64,000 nucleotides of DNA, from assembly GCA_965221165.1 (NCBI GenBank), contig CBDCRP010000003.1, positions 448,001 to 512,000 on the forward strand. Reading direction: 5' to 3'. This DNA comes from a bacterium (lineage in GTDB: Bacteria > UBA8248). A model generated the notes under the pieces. The model did not search any database, was not told where the DNA came from, and saw nothing but the letters and a program-made list of their open reading frames with translations. The stretch's first letter is position 1, and each line of letters starts with the position of its first letter. The translations under genes were made by a program, and so were the position numbers. Shown here piece after piece: positions 1-11,351 of the stretch.

Positions 1-13
1 CCAAACCTGAAAA

Positions 14-970
14 ATGAAAAACTCTCGCGTTGTGGTTACGGGTGGAGCGGGCTTCATCGGCTCCCATTTGTGCGACAAATTGATTGCTCTGGGCAACGAC
101 GTCGTATGCGTCGACAACTTTCTTACCGGAAACCGGCCGAATATCGAACATCTGCTCAAAAACGAACATCCAAATTTTACGCTCATCGCACATAATGTGA
201 GCGAGCATATTCACGTCGAAGGAAATGTGGACGCCGTTTTCCATCTCGCGAGTCCAGCCAGCCCGAATGACTATTTGAAATTCCCCATACAGACGCTCAA
301 GGTCGGCTCCCTCGGCACGCATAATGCCCTGGGCCTTGCGAAGGAGAAAAAAGCGCGATTTCTCCTCGCCTCCACTTCGGAAGTATATGGAGATCCCCAA
401 ATTCACCCGCAGCACGAAGAATACTGGGGCCATGTGAATCCCATCGGGCCGCGCGGGGTATATGATGAGGCCAAAAGATTCTCCGAGGCGATGACCATGG
501 CCTACCGCCGGACCCATGGCCTCAACGTGCACATCGCCCGTATTTTCAATACCTACGGCCCGAGAATGCGAATCGCGGACGGACGCGCGATACCCGCTTT
601 TATCTCGCAAGCCATTGGAAATGAACCCATCAGCGTCTTCGGCGACGGCAAGCAGACAAGAAGTTTTTGTTTTATCACCGATCTCACCGATGGCTTCATC
701 AAACTGATGGACAGCGAAATTCATGACCCCGTCAACCTCGGGAATCCTTCCGAGATGACGATTCTCGACCTGGCGAGGAAAATCATCGAGCTCACGAACG
801 CGGACTCGGAAATCCACCACAAGCCGCTGCCGGTCGATGACCCTAAAATTCGGCAACCCGACATCCAGAAAGCGAAAAAACACCTCGGCTGGGAGCCGGC
901 GGTCCCCCTGGAGACAGGGCTCCTGGCCACCATAGACGACTTCAGGGAACGACTGAAAATAACGCCCTGA
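14..970 (+). CDS. UDP-glucuronate decarboxylase (UDP-xylose synthase)-like NAD-dependent epimerase/dehydratase
   Basis: GGAGFIGSH Rossmann motif, [24 protein letters not shown] catalytic Yxxx[11 protein letters not shown]. Confidence 0.9.
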   Translation: MKNSRVVVTGGAGFIGSHLCDKLIALGNDVVCVDNFLTGNRPNIEHLLKNEHPNFTLIAHNVSEHIHVEGNVDAVFHLASPASPNDYLKFPIQTLKVGSLGTHNALGLAKEKKARFLLASTSEVYGDPQIHPQHEEYWGHVNPIGPRGVYDEAKRFSEAMTMAYRRTHGLNVHIARIFNTYGPRMRIADGRAIPAFISQAIGNEPISVFGDGKQTRSFCFITDLTDGFIKLMDSEIHDPVNLGNPSEMTILDLARKIIELTNADSEIHHKPLPVDDPKIRQPDIQKAKKHLGWEPAVPLETGLLATIDDFRERLKITP

Positions 971-1138
971 AATCCTTTCATTCGGCTCTGCACGTCCAGT
1001 GTTTTCATGAAACGCCGATCATCCTTACCACTCGATGGAGCGCCTTGAAATAGGGCCCCCGGATCGGCTAGATTGAGGGGCACTGAGCAGATTCACCTTT
1101 TCCATCGCCCGTACCGCCCCACGACTCAGAGGTATCCT

Positions 1139-1744
1139 TTGGAACCATCGGCAAAGGAGTTCCTGGCCGAACGCGCCGTGAGATACGAATCGCTTGCCGC
1201 GAGCGACTACCCCCGGCAGGTAGACGATATCTGCAACGTCATCGTCGAATGTCTGGCATCGGAAAAGAAAATCATCGCCTTCGGCAACGGGGGGAGCGCC
1301 GCGCTCGCCATGCACTTTACGGGCGAGCTCGTCGGTCGCTTCCTGGCCGAACGCGCTCCCCTGCCCGCCATTTGCCTCACTGGCGACGCGAGCGCCCTCA
1401 CCGCCATCGGGAACGACTACGCGTATGAAGAAATTTTTGCGCGGCAAATTCAGGCGCACGGGCGAGCGGGAGATGTCGCCCTGGGCCTGAGCACGAGCGG
1501 CAATTCCGCCAACGTCGTCTCCGCCCTCGAGCGGGCCGACGCCCTCGGCCTCCTGGGGGTTGCGATGACCGGAAGTGGCGGCGGAGAGGCTTCACGAGCC
1601 TCGAAATTTGCGGCCAAAGTGCCGTCGGACGACACCGGTTTCATACAAGAGGCCCATGAAGCCGCTCTCCATTATATTTGCCACCGCATTGACGGGGTTT
1701 TCGCCAAGGACACGAAAGAGCAAAAAATCGCCCTCAACCGATGA
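1139..1744 (+). CDS. gmhA: Phosphoheptose (sedoheptulose-7-phosphate) isomerase, SIS domain
   Basis: GNGGSAA..H..ELVGRF, TAIGNDY, LSTSGNS, IQEAH motifs. TTG start at 1139 chosen after an AGAGGT RBS; the ORF is open from 1073. Confidence 0.85.
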   Translation: MEPSAKEFLAERAVRYESLAASDYPRQVDDICNVIVECLASEKKIIAFGNGGSAALAMHFTGELVGRFLAERAPLPAICLTGDASALTAIGNDYAYEEIFARQIQAHGRAGDVALGLSTSGNSANVVSALERADALGLLGVAMTGSGGGEASRASKFAAKVPSDDTGFIQEAHEAALHYICHRIDGVFAKDTKEQKIALNR

Positions 1745-1772
1745 ATAAAAAAACAGCGACGGGACACGAGAC

Positions 1773-2567
1773 GTGGAAATTGGAATTTTAGGCAGCGGGA
1801 GCAGAGGAAACGCCGCTTTGGTTCGCTCAAACGGCGCTGCGTTTCTCGTCGATGCGGGCCTCAGCGCGCGGCAAATCACAAAACGCCTCGAAACCTACGG
1901 CCTCCGCCCGCAGGATTTGATGGCCATCGTGCTCACGCATGAACATATCGATCACGTCAGAAGCGCGGGCACCCTGGCGAGAAGATGGAATCTGCCCCTC
2001 TGGACGAACAAGGGCACATACAAGGCGAGCCGGGAGACGATAGGCGAGACGCCTGCGTGGACGGAAATCGAAGTGGGACTCCCCTTTCACATCGGCGGCA
2101 TTCGGGTCGAACCCTTCAGCACGCCCCATGACGCGGCCGACCCGTTCGGGATGATACTGAGCGCCGAGGATGGCCGCCGCGTCGGCTTCGCCACCGACAT
2201 GGGGTTTGTTACGAAATTGGCGCGCCGGCGGCTCCAGGGGCTTCAAGGACTCGTCCTGGAATTCAACCACGACGTGGAAATGCTCATCAACGGCCCCTAT
2301 CCCTGGCCGATCAAGCAGAGAATCCGGGGCAAACTCGGGCACCTCAGCAACGAGGATGCGGCGCAGTTGCTCAAGAATATCGCCACGGACGACTTCGAAT
2401 GGCTCATCTGCGCCCATATTTCACAAGAGAACAATGAAAACGGGCTTCTTCTGGAGACGGCCCAAAAAGCGTTGAACGGCCATGGACGGAGAAATCTCCT
2501 GAGCGCCACCCAGGATGAACCCACTCCCCTCATGGGCGCCGGAGGCAGAACGGAGGACATCTCGTGA
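1773..2567 (+). CDS. MBL-fold metallo-hydrolase (YycJ/WalJ-like)
   Basis: LGSGSRGN, LVDAG, THEHIDH, PHDA, LEFNHD, GHLSN motifs. Confidence 0.85.
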   Translation: MEIGILGSGSRGNAALVRSNGAAFLVDAGLSARQITKRLETYGLRPQDLMAIVLTHEHIDHVRSAGTLARRWNLPLWTNKGTYKASRETIGETPAWTEIEVGLPFHIGGIRVEPFSTPHDAADPFGMILSAEDGRRVGFATDMGFVTKLARRRLQGLQGLVLEFNHDVEMLINGPYPWPIKQRIRGKLGHLSNEDAAQLLKNIATDDFEWLICAHISQENNENGLLLETAQKALNGHGRRNLLSATQDEPTPLMGAGGRTEDIS

Positions 2568-3871
2568 TTCCGAGATACACACGCCCTGAAATGGCGAAAA
2601 TATGGCAAGAGCGCGAAAAACTTCAGCGTATGCTCGATGTGGAGATAGCCGTTTGCGAAGAAATGACCGCGCGCGGCGAAATCCCGGAGGATGCGCTCGA
2701 GGAGATCAAATCGAAAGCGGCGTTCGAGCCGGAGCGGATCAAGGAGATCGAGCGCGTCACCAAACACGACGTCATCGCGTTTCTCACCAACGTGGCGGAG
2801 CACGTAGGCCCATCCTCGCGCTATATCCACCTCGGCATGACGAGCAGCGACGTCCTCGATACCGGCCTCGCGCTTCAGCTCATGTCCGCGGCCGACATCA
2901 TTCTCGATGACATTCAGAAACTCAAAAAGACTCTTAAACAACGTGCTTTGGAGCAAAAACGCACCGTCATGCCGGGCAGAACGCACGGGATGCACGCCGA
3001 GCCCACTACCCTGGGCCTCAAAATAGCCACCTGGTACACCGAGTTCGAACGCGCGCATGAGCGCATGCAGAGCGCGCGGGAAGCCATCCGCGTCGGCCAG
3101 ATCTCGGGCGCCGTGGGCGCGTGCCCCCACATCCCGCCGGATACGGAGGAGGCCATTTGCGAGCGCCTCGGCCTCAGGGTCGAGCGCGTGAGCAGCCAGA
3201 TCATCCAGCGCGACCGCCATGCGGAGTACCAGCTTGCTCTCGCCCTCGTGGCGGCGAGCATCTCCCGTGTGGCGACGGAAGTCCGCCACCTGCAAAGAAA
3301 CGAGGTGGGCGAAGCGGAAGAATTCTTCAGCAAGGGGCAAAAGGGCAGTTCCGCCATGCCCCACAAGAGAAACCCCGTGGTCTCGGAGCAGCTTTGCGGT
3401 CTCGCCCGCGTGGTGCAGGGAAACGCCACCGCAGCCCTCCAGAATGTCCCCCTGTGGCATGAACGCGACATCTCCCACTCATCCGTGGAGCGCGTGATAC
3501 TGCCGGACAGCACGATTCTCGTGGATTATATGCTCACAAAACTCAACGATTTGATGAAAAACTGGATGATCTATCCCGATAAGATGCAGGAAAACCTCAC
3601 GCGCTCGAAGGGCTTGCTCCTCAGTGAGCACGTCATGCTCGCCCTGATTCGCAAAACGGGCATTACCCGCGAGGAAGCCTATGCGCGCGTGCAGGCCCCC
3701 GCCATGGAGGTATGGGCCGAGGGCGGTGATTTTCAGGCCAAACTGGCGGCGGACCCGCAAGTGGGCGGCGTGCTGGGCGAGGCCGAACTCGCCCACTGCT
3801 TCGATATGGACGCCCACCTGAAAAATCTGGACCGGATTTTCGAACGAGTCTTCGGTCCTGATGATGAATGA
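2564..3871 (+). CDS. purB: Adenylosuccinate lyase
   Basis: MIPRYTRPEM start, TKHDVIAF, GRTHGMHAEPTT, GSSAMPHKRNP signature; pur cluster context. Confidence 0.97.
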   Translation: MIPRYTRPEMAKIWQEREKLQRMLDVEIAVCEEMTARGEIPEDALEEIKSKAAFEPERIKEIERVTKHDVIAFLTNVAEHVGPSSRYIHLGMTSSDVLDTGLALQLMSAADIILDDIQKLKKTLKQRALEQKRTVMPGRTHGMHAEPTTLGLKIATWYTEFERAHERMQSAREAIRVGQISGAVGACPHIPPDTEEAICERLGLRVERVSSQIIQRDRHAEYQLALALVAASISRVATEVRHLQRNEVGEAEEFFSKGQKGSSAMPHKRNPVVSEQLCGLARVVQGNATAALQNVPLWHERDISHSSVERVILPDSTILVDYMLTKLNDLMKNWMIYPDKMQENLTRSKGLLLSEHVMLALIRKTGITREEAYARVQAPAMEVWAEGGDFQAKLAADPQVGGVLGEAELAHCFDMDAHLKNLDRIFERVFGPDDE

Positions 3872-4024
3872 AACTCGGAATGCGGGGTGACAAACACAAG
3901 CTCGTTTATGTTAGGATAGCCAAGTCCTGACCGCCCGGAATGGTCATTTTCTAACCCGCTCAAATGATGGAACAACCCCTAAGACGAATGCTCGAATTTG
4001 CGATCCTCGAATGGAGAATTGTTC

Positions 4025-4738
4025 ATGGAACGCGGCAAACAGGTTTACGAAGGCAAGGCCAAGATCATCTACGAGACGAACGACCCCGACTACTATATCC
4101 AGTTCTTCAAAGATGACGCATCCGCTTTCAATGCAAAGAAACTGGGCACCATTGAATCCAAAGGCATTTTCAACAACTCCATCTCCTCTCACCTGCTGCA
4201 AGAGGTAGAGCGTCAGGGCGTACCCACGCATTTCGTCGAAAAACTCTCAGAGCGCGAGATGCTGGTGAAAAAACTCGACATCATACTGGTCGAAGTAGTT
4301 CTGAGAAACATCATCGCGGGGAATCTGGCCAAGAGAATGGGCGTGGAGGAAGGCGCGCGCCTTCCCAACACGATAGTCGACCTGCATCTGAAAAACGATG
4401 ACCTCGATGACCCGCTCATCAACGAGGACACCGCCGTGGCCTTTGGCCTGGCGACGCGCGAAGAACTCGCCCAGATGCGCGAATACGCCTTTCGGGTGAA
4501 CGACATCCTCACCTCGTTTTTCTCCGAGCGCAACATAGACCTCGTGGACTTCAAGCTCGAATTCGGACGCTGCGAGGCCGAGGGCGGCAAGCTCTTGCTG
4601 GGCGATGAAATCACGCCGGACGGTTGCCGGTTCTGGGAGAAGGGAACGGGCCGCAAGCTGGACAAGGACCGCTTCCGCAGAGATTTGGGCAACGTGGAAG
4701 ACGCATACGCCGAAGTCGAGAAGCTCGTCATAGAATAA
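4025..4738 (+). CDS. purC: Phosphoribosylaminoimidazole-succinocarboxamide synthase
   Basis: YEGKAK, FKDDASAFN, LVDFKLEFG, DEITPDGCRFW, DKDRFR; ATG at 4025 after GGAG. Confidence 0.96.
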   Translation: MERGKQVYEGKAKIIYETNDPDYYIQFFKDDASAFNAKKLGTIESKGIFNNSISSHLLQEVERQGVPTHFVEKLSEREMLVKKLDIILVEVVLRNIIAGNLAKRMGVEEGARLPNTIVDLHLKNDDLDDPLINEDTAVAFGLATREELAQMREYAFRVNDILTSFFSERNIDLVDFKLEFGRCEAEGGKLLLGDEITPDGCRFWEKGTGRKLDKDRFRRDLGNVEDAYAEVEKLVIE

Positions 4739-4757
4739 CCCGCGCCCGGAGGTAGCG

Positions 4758-5021
4758 ATGCCGAAAGCCCTGGTTTATGTGACGTTCAAAGCCGGCGTGC
4801 TCGACCCCCAGGGGGAAGCCGTTCGGGGAGCGCTCTCCTCTCTCGGATTCAAGGGCGTGAACGACGTGCGCGTGGGAAAATTCATCGAGCTCGAACTCGA
4901 AGAGTCCGACGACATCCACGCCGACCTCGAAAGAATGTGCCAGGACCTGCTCGCCAACCCCGTCATCGAAGATTACCGCATCGAAATGGCGAGTGAATCC
5001 ATGAATGGCGAGAGCAGGTAA
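4758..5021 (+). CDS. purS: FGAM synthase subunit PurS
   Basis: VLDPQG, VRVGK, LLANPVIEDY; lies between purC and purQ. Confidence 0.95.
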   Translation: MPKALVYVTFKAGVLDPQGEAVRGALSSLGFKGVNDVRVGKFIELELEESDDIHADLERMCQDLLANPVIEDYRIEMASESMNGESR

Positions 5022-5716
5022 TGCATTTCGCCGTCATCGTCTTCCCGGGTTCCAATTGCGACCATGACTGCTACCACGCCGTCAAGGACGTCCTCAAACA
5101 GCCGGTGCGGTTCGTGTGGCACAAGGAAACCTCTTTAGGAGAGGCGGAGGTGGTGATACTCCCCGGAGGTTTCAGCTACGGGGACTACCTGAGAGCCGGC
5201 GCCATATCCCGCTTCTCCCCCATCATGCAGGCCGTTTCCGCACACGCCAAGCAGGGGCGTCCCCTACTCGGCATATGCAACGGCTTTCAGTGCCTGGCCG
5301 AATCGGGTCTCCTGCCCGGGGCCTTGAGGCGAAACGAGTCGCTTCGCTTCGTTTGTGACGATGTCCGGCTCAAGTGCGAAACATCGAGAACCCCCTTTAC
5401 CTGCGAGATTCAGCCGGACGAAATCCTTAAAATGACCATCGCGCACGGAGAGGGGAACTACTTCTGCGAACCCGAAACGCTCGCCGAACTCGAAGATAAC
5501 GACCAGATCGTTTTTCGCTACGCCGACATAGAGGGCCGCGTGCGCCCGGAAGCGAATCCCAACGGCTCTACGGCCAACATCGCGGGCATATGTAATCGCC
5601 AAGGAAACGTGGTGGCTCTCATGCCGCATCCCGAACGCAGTTGCGACCCCCTGTTGGGCGGGGAGGACGGATTGCGGGTGTTCACGTCCGTCATGCAGAT
5701 GGCGGTCTCGTCATGA
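5021..5716 (+). CDS. purQ: FGAM synthase glutaminase subunit PurQ
   Basis: [31 protein letters not shown]. Confidence 0.97.
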   Translation: MHFAVIVFPGSNCDHDCYHAVKDVLKQPVRFVWHKETSLGEAEVVILPGGFSYGDYLRAGAISRFSPIMQAVSAHAKQGRPLLGICNGFQCLAESGLLPGALRRNESLRFVCDDVRLKCETSRTPFTCEIQPDEILKMTIAHGEGNYFCEPETLAELEDNDQIVFRYADIEGRVRPEANPNGSTANIAGICNRQGNVVALMPHPERSCDPLLGGEDGLRVFTSVMQMAVSS

Positions 5717-7950
5717 TCACGACGGACGTTCTCGCCACGCCGGAGATGGCTCTCGACCACGGTCTTTCGCCGGCCGAATGGGAAAAAATTACGGAAACCC
5801 TGGGGCGCAAACCCAACGTCACGGAACTCGGCGTATTCTCCGCCATGTGGAATGAGCACTGCTCATATAAAAGCAGCCGGGTTCATCTGCAAAAATTTCC
5901 CACACAAGGCCCCCATGTCCTGCAAGGACCCGGAGAAAACGCGGGCGTCGTCGACTTGGGCGAGGGCATGGCCGTCGCGTTCAAGATGGAAAGCCACAAT
6001 CACCCCTCTTTCATCGAACCCTACCAGGGTGCGGCCACGGGGGTGGGCGGCATTTTGCGGGATATCTTCACGATGGGCGCACGGCCCGTCGCGCTGCTCG
6101 ACAGCCTGCGTTTCGGGGCGCCGGAACATCCCCGCACGCCCTATCTCGTCGGGGGCGTCGTAGGCGGCATCGCGGGTTATGGAAACTGCATCGGCGTTCC
6201 CACGGTAGGCGGAGAAACGAAATTTCATCCCTGCTACAACGGGAACATTCTGGTGAACGTCATGTGCGCGGGCATCATGCGCTCGGACGCCATATTCCGG
6301 GGCACGGCTTCGGGCGTCGGAAACCCGGTGATCTATGTCGGCGCACCCACCGGGCGAGACGGCATTCATGGCGCGTCCATGGCATCGGCGGGATTCGACG
6401 ATTCCGCCCTTGGGAAAAGGCCCACCGTTCAGGTGGGCGATCCGTTCCGGGAAAAACTCCTGCTCGAGGCGTGCCTGGAACTGATGAAGCGCGGCGCCGT
6501 GGTCGGCATTCAGGATATGGGCGCCGCCGGCCTCACCTCCTCTTCCGTCGAGATGGCGGGCCGGGCCGGCACGGGCCTACTCCTCCGCCTCGATGCTGTT
6601 CCTTGCCGGGAAGAGGCGATGTCGCCCTATGAGATGATGCTTTCTGAAAGCCAGGAGAGAATGCTCCTGGTAGCGGAAAAAGGAAGGGAATCCGAGGTGC
6701 GGGAGATTTTCGAGCGGTGGGACTTACCGATGTCGGTCGTGGGGGAAGTGACCGGGGACGGCAGGCTTCGCGTGGCGTTCGGAGAGGATGAAGTCGCCGA
6801 CCTGCCCGTATCATCGCTGACGGATGATGCGCCGGCCTATGACCGCCCGAGAAAACCCGAGCGCGGCCTCCCGCCGGAGGATCCGCTCCATGAACTGCCG
6901 GAGCCTGAGGATCTCGGGCCCACCCTGCTCAAGATGCTGGCCCACCCCAACCACGGGGACAAAAAACCGATATGGCGGCAGTATGACTACAAGGTTCGCA
7001 CGAATACGGTAACCTCTCCGGGTGGAGACGCCGCCATCATTCGTCTCAAGGGCACGAACAAGGCGCTGGCCCTCACGACGGATGGAAACGCGCGATACGG
7101 CATGCTCGATCCCTACAAAGGGGGGATGCTCGCCGTGGCGGAAGCCGCGCGAAACATCTGCTGCGTGGGCGCAAGACCCCTCGCGATCACCAATTGCCTC
7201 AACTTCGGCAATCCCGAGCGACCCGCCGTGATGTCCCAATTCTCTTTGTCGATTGAAGGCATGACGCAAGCGTGCCGCTCCCTGGACCTGCCCGTGGTGA
7301 GCGGAAACGTGAGCTTTTACAACGAAACGCACCAGGTCGATATCTACCCCACCCCGATAATCGGCATGGTGGGTCTGCTCGATGACGTCCATAAAAGAGC
7401 GGGGCACGGGTTCGCCTCGGAGGGCGACGCCATCGCCCTGATTCATCCCAAAGACGAAGCGCCGTTGCCAAAAGCATGCGCGCATGAATACGTTTGGGTG
7501 GAAACGGGCAAGGAGGGAGGCGACGCGCCGGCGATATCGCCGGATGGGGAAAAAGCCGTGCAAACAGCGTGCAGACGCGGCATCGAAGCGGGTCTGGTGC
7601 GCTCCGCCCACGATCTTTCCGAAGGCGGATTGGGAATCGCTTTGGCCGAATCCGCCATCGCATCGCCGAAAAGCAGCCTTGGGGCCGTAATACGGCTCCC
7701 CGAACAAGAGGGCAGGTTCGATGGTTTGGTATACGGCGAGGCGGCATCGCGCATCCTGGTGAGCGTCTCTCCCCAAGCGGAAAGTGCTCTGCGCGAGGCC
7801 GCGCAAGGCTGCGGAGCGGAACTAACGCGCATCGGTCGCGTTCAGGAGGGTGCTTTCCTCGTCAAAACACCCGATAATGCTCCCCTTATCGATCTGGCCA
7901 TGCCGAATCTCGTGGCGGCATGGTCGGGCGCTCTCTCCGAGGTGTTGTGA
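5713..7950 (+). CDS. purL: FGAM synthase subunit PurL
   Basis: [49 protein letters not shown]; ATG at 5713 overlaps the purQ stop. Confidence 0.97.
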   Translation: MITTDVLATPEMALDHGLSPAEWEKITETLGRKPNVTELGVFSAMWNEHCSYKSSRVHLQKFPTQGPHVLQGPGENAGVVDLGEGMAVAFKMESHNHPSFIEPYQGAATGVGGILRDIFTMGARPVALLDSLRFGAPEHPRTPYLVGGVVGGIAGYGNCIGVPTVGGETKFHPCYNGNILVNVMCAGIMRSDAIFRGTASGVGNPVIYVGAPTGRDGIHGASMASAGFDDSALGKRPTVQVGDPFREKLLLEACLELMKRGAVVGIQDMGAAGLTSSSVEMAGRAGTGLLLRLDAVPCREEAMSPYEMMLSESQERMLLVAEKGRESEVREIFERWDLPMSVVGEVTGDGRLRVAFGEDEVADLPVSSLTDDAPAYDRPRKPERGLPPEDPLHELPEPEDLGPTLLKMLAHPNHGDKKPIWRQYDYKVRTNTVTSPGGDAAIIRLKGTNKALALTTDGNARYGMLDPYKGGMLAVAEAARNICCVGARPLAITNCLNFGNPERPAVMSQFSLSIEGMTQACRSLDLPVVSGNVSFYNETHQVDIYPTPIIGMVGLLDDVHKRAGHGFASEGDAIALIHPKDEAPLPKACAHEYVWVETGKEGGDAPAISPDGEKAVQTACRRGIEAGLVRSAHDLSEGGLGIALAESAIASPKSSLGAVIRLPEQEGRFDGLVYGEAASRILVSVSPQAESALREAAQGCGAELTRIGRVQEGAFLVKTPDNAPLIDLAMPNLVAAWSGALSEVL

Positions 7951-7951
7951 G

Positions 7952-9400
7952 ATGTCTCACTGGATAGATGACCACCCGAAAGAAGAATGCGGCGTATTCG
8001 GGATATACGGCCACCCCGAGGCGGCCAACATGGCGTATCTCGGTCTCTACTCCCTTCAGCACAGAGGACAGGAAAGCGCGGGCATCGTGGCCTCCGACGG
8101 GGACAGGGTGCACAGCGAGGTCGGCATGGGGCTCGTGGCCGATGTTTTCACCGAAGAGCGCATCTCCAAACTCCAGGGCAGCATCGCCATCGGGCACAAC
8201 CGCTATTCCACCTCAGGGCAATCCGACATCAAAAACGCCCAACCGTTTTTGGTGAACTATGCCAAGGGGACGCTCGCCCTGGGCCACAACGGGAACCTCG
8301 TGAACGGCGGCGCCCTGCGTGAGGAACTGGAATCCAACGGCTCCATATTCCGCAGCACGACGGACAGCGAGGTCATCTTACACCTCATCGCCCGCTCCGC
8401 GGAAAAAACCACCGAGGGCGCCATCGTAGAAGCCCTCCGGCGACTGGAGGGCGCCTTTACGCTCACGATGATGACCGAAGACATGCTGATTGGGATTCGA
8501 GACCCCCTGGGCTTTCGCCCTCTGGTTTTAGGAAAACTCCCCGCTGGAGAAGCCGGGAGCGATTCCTGGGTTCTCACGAGCGAGACGTGCGCGCTCGACC
8601 TGATTGACGCCGAATATATCCGCGAAGTGGAACCCGGCGAGATGGTCATAATCGATCAGGACGGATTAAGAAGCATCACCTATTCTCCACCTGCCGATAT
8701 TCGGCAATGTATTTTTGAGTTCATCTATTTCGCCCGTCCGGACAGCCTCATTTTCGGGAAAACCGCCTACGCCGTCAGAAAAAAACTGGGGGCTCGCCTC
8801 GCCGAGGAAGACAACGTGGAGGCGGACATCGTCACCCCCGTTCCGGACTCCGGCCTCTCCGCCGCACTCGGGTACGCGGACGCCTCGGGCCTGCCTCTGG
8901 AGTGGGGCCTGATACGCAACCACTACGTGGGCCGCACGTTCATCGAACCGGAACAGTCCATTCGGCATTTCGGCGTCAAGCTGAAACTGAATCCCATGAA
9001 AGAGTTCCTGGCCGACAAACGGGTCGTCGTGGTCGATGATTCCCTCGTCCGGGGCACGACGAGCAAAAAAATCGTCGAGCTCATCCGGCGGGCGGGCGCA
9101 AAAGAAGTGCACATGCGCATCAGTTCCCCTCCCATTACCCACCCGTGTTTTTTCGGCATCGATATGCCTACCCTCGCGGAACTCAAGGCATCTTCGAACA
9201 GCGTCGAGGAAATCAGGCAATTCCTGGGCGCGGATACTCTTCGCTATTTATCCCTGGAGGGCCTGCTCGGTTGCGCTCACCCGGATGAAGAGGCGTTTTG
9301 CACGGCTTGTTTTTCGGGCAACTATCCGATTTCCATCGAGCAGAACGATTACCAGCTCTCTCTTTTCCGGGATTCCCGCACATCCGAGCACCGCGCATGA
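7952..9400 (+). CDS. purF: Amidophosphoribosyltransferase
   Basis: Propeptide followed by ECGVFG, LQHRGQES, FEFIYFARPDS, VVVDDSLVRGTT, FCTACF. Confidence 0.97.
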   Translation: MSHWIDDHPKEECGVFGIYGHPEAANMAYLGLYSLQHRGQESAGIVASDGDRVHSEVGMGLVADVFTEERISKLQGSIAIGHNRYSTSGQSDIKNAQPFLVNYAKGTLALGHNGNLVNGGALREELESNGSIFRSTTDSEVILHLIARSAEKTTEGAIVEALRRLEGAFTLTMMTEDMLIGIRDPLGFRPLVLGKLPAGEAGSDSWVLTSETCALDLIDAEYIREVEPGEMVIIDQDGLRSITYSPPADIRQCIFEFIYFARPDSLIFGKTAYAVRKKLGARLAEEDNVEADIVTPVPDSGLSAALGYADASGLPLEWGLIRNHYVGRTFIEPEQSIRHFGVKLKLNPMKEFLADKRVVVVDDSLVRGTTSKKIVELIRRAGAKEVHMRISSPPITHPCFFGIDMPTLAELKASSNSVEEIRQFLGADTLRYLSLEGLLGCAHPDEEAFCTACFSGNYPISIEQNDYQLSLFRDSRTSEHRA

Positions 9401-9405
9401 TTCAT

Positions 9406-9435
9406 TTGACCAGGCACATCGGGGATTGTTATTCT
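9406..9435 (+). promoter_or_regulatory. Candidate sigma-70 promoter for the lytic transglycosylase gene
   Basis: TTGACC-N18-TATTCT about 70 bp upstream of the ORF; motif match only. Confidence 0.3.
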
Positions 9436-9504
9436 TTATAAGGCTCAACGTTTGTTCCGTAGAAATGTTCCGAGAGAATAACCTGAAATTGGAGAGAAAG
9501 TATC

Positions 9505-11253
9505 TTGTTTATAAATCGAAGATGTTTTCTCTTCGCGTTCATATTCGCGGCAGGCTGCAGCACAACGCCTGTCGTTCAGAATGAAATTCTGCCGACGAAA
9601 TTCCCGGGCGACGCCTCCACCGAGACGCGCGCCCACGCCGCCCCCCGAAAAACAGTTCTACTCTCTCCCCCGGCTCCGAAACGCACACTACCCGAACCAC
9701 CCGAAGCCGGCCGGAAAGAATCGCCGGGCGCCCCGGCGTCCATACGCCCAAAAGACGACGGCGCGGATAAAATCGCCAAGCGGACAGATCCCGCGGACGC
9801 AAAGGATGAGAAGGCGGACAAAGACTCCGAGCCCTCTCCTCACGACATCAGCCTGCCGATGCCCGAGATCGAAGAAAGCTTCCCGGCTCCACCGACACCG
9901 GAAACCAAGAAGCCCAAGGCTTTTTTGTATGACGTACCCGTCGTTCGCAACGCCATCGTGGACAGGTGGATTGAGTATTTTACGGGTCCCGGACGCGCCA
10001 ATTTCTCCATCTGGCTGAGCAGAGGCGGGCGCTATATCACCTTGTTCCGCGAAATTCTAAAAGAACACGGCCTGCCACAGGACCTGGCGTATCTTTCCCT
10101 GATCGAAAGCGGCTTCAACCCCAAGGCGCGCTCGAGAGCCGGCGCGGTCGGCCCCTGGCAGTTCATGCCGGGCACGGCGAGACTCATGGGCCTGAAAATC
10201 AATTATTATCTCGATGAGCGCCGCCACCCGATGAAATCCACCCGCGCGGCTTCAACCTATTTAACGAAACTCCACAAGGAATTCGGCGACTGGAATCTGG
10301 CGCTCGCCGCATACAACGCGGGCGAGCACCGCATCGCCAGGGCCATGCGCAGATCGAGGAAAAAAGATTACTGGTCGCTCGCCAGAACGAGATACATACC
10401 CAACGAAACCCGCAATTATGTAGCCAAATACCTCGCCGGGATGATAATCGCCAAAAACCCGGAAGTTTTCGGCTTCGTGGGCATCGATTATGAAATCCCC
10501 TGGAATTATAAAGCCGTCAAACTCCCTCACGGAACCAGCCTGAGAGCGATTTCCAGACTATCGAGCGTCTCTCTGCGCACGTTGAGGCAAATTAATGCGG
10601 AGCTGAGGACTTCCGTCACGCCCCCGGGCAATGGATATCTTCTTTTTCTGCCGAATGGACAGGCCGACAAGCTCGTCATGCAAATGGCGAAACTGACCGA
10701 AAATTATCTCTCATCTCCCGGCTTTTACCATATACGGCCGGGCGACACTTTCGGCGAGATCGCGCAAAGATTCGGGATTCGCCTGAACAGGCTGTTGGAG
10801 ATGAACACCCATCTCCATCCCAGAAAACTTCGGGTGGGCGCCAAAATCCTTTTGCCCAAACCGATAAACGGCCCGAATGCGGCGCAGGCGAAAAGCAACG
10901 GCGAGATGCCGGAACTGCATGTCGTGCGGCGAGGGGAAAGCTTTTGGCTAATCGCCCGAAAATACAACACCTCCACCCGGAAATTGATGCGTCTCAATGC
11001 CCGGCTCAATCCGAAGCGCCTGCGCATCGGCATGCAAATTCGCCTCCCGTCGAAAAAGCGCCTCGCAGAAGCCGAGAAAATCAAGAAAAAAGAAAATCGA
11101 GACGGGCCATTGCACCACCTCGTCGGCCCGGGAGAGAACATCTGGCTCATCGCCAAGCGATACGGAGTTTCAACAAAATCTCTTCTGGCCTGGAACCAAC
11201 TGAGCGCATCGGCCAAGATTTTTCCCGGAAACAAGCTCATCGTTCGCCGCTAG
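9505..11253 (+). CDS. mltD: Lipoprotein lytic murein transglycosylase with three LysM domains (MltD-like)
   Basis: Lipobox-like AAGC, SLT motifs IESGF, GPWQFM, AAYNAG, ETRNYV; three LysM repeats (HIRPGDT, HVVRRGES, HLVGPGEN). Confidence 0.85.
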   Translation: MFINRRCFLFAFIFAAGCSTTPVVQNEILPTKFPGDASTETRAHAAPRKTVLLSPPAPKRTLPEPPEAGRKESPGAPASIRPKDDGADKIAKRTDPADAKDEKADKDSEPSPHDISLPMPEIEESFPAPPTPETKKPKAFLYDVPVVRNAIVDRWIEYFTGPGRANFSIWLSRGGRYITLFREILKEHGLPQDLAYLSLIESGFNPKARSRAGAVGPWQFMPGTARLMGLKINYYLDERRHPMKSTRAASTYLTKLHKEFGDWNLALAAYNAGEHRIARAMRRSRKKDYWSLARTRYIPNETRNYVAKYLAGMIIAKNPEVFGFVGIDYEIPWNYKAVKLPHGTSLRAISRLSSVSLRTLRQINAELRTSVTPPGNGYLLFLPNGQADKLVMQMAKLTENYLSSPGFYHIRPGDTFGEIAQRFGIRLNRLLEMNTHLHPRKLRVGAKILLPKPINGPNAAQAKSNGEMPELHVVRRGESFWLIARKYNTSTRKLMRLNARLNPKRLRIGMQIRLPSKKRLAEAEKIKKKENRDGPLHHLVGPGENIWLIAKRYGVSTKSLLAWNQLSASAKIFPGNKLIVRR

Positions 11254-11266
11254 AATCAAAGGATTC

Positions 11267-11296
11267 TTGACACCTGCTTTCATGCTCTCCTAAGAT
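11267..11296 (+). promoter_or_regulatory. Candidate sigma-70 promoter upstream of bamD
   Basis: TTGACA-N18-TAAGAT. Confidence 0.45.
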
Positions 11297-11351
11297 TTAG
11301 GTTGAACACGGGGATGCACGGCGATATTTCCTTTTTCGAATAGAGAATAAT

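Noticed and set aside
3872-4024. Purine-related riboswitch upstream of purC
   Set aside because: No recognisable purine, ZTP or PRPP aptamer consensus and no terminator. An Rfam scan would settle it.
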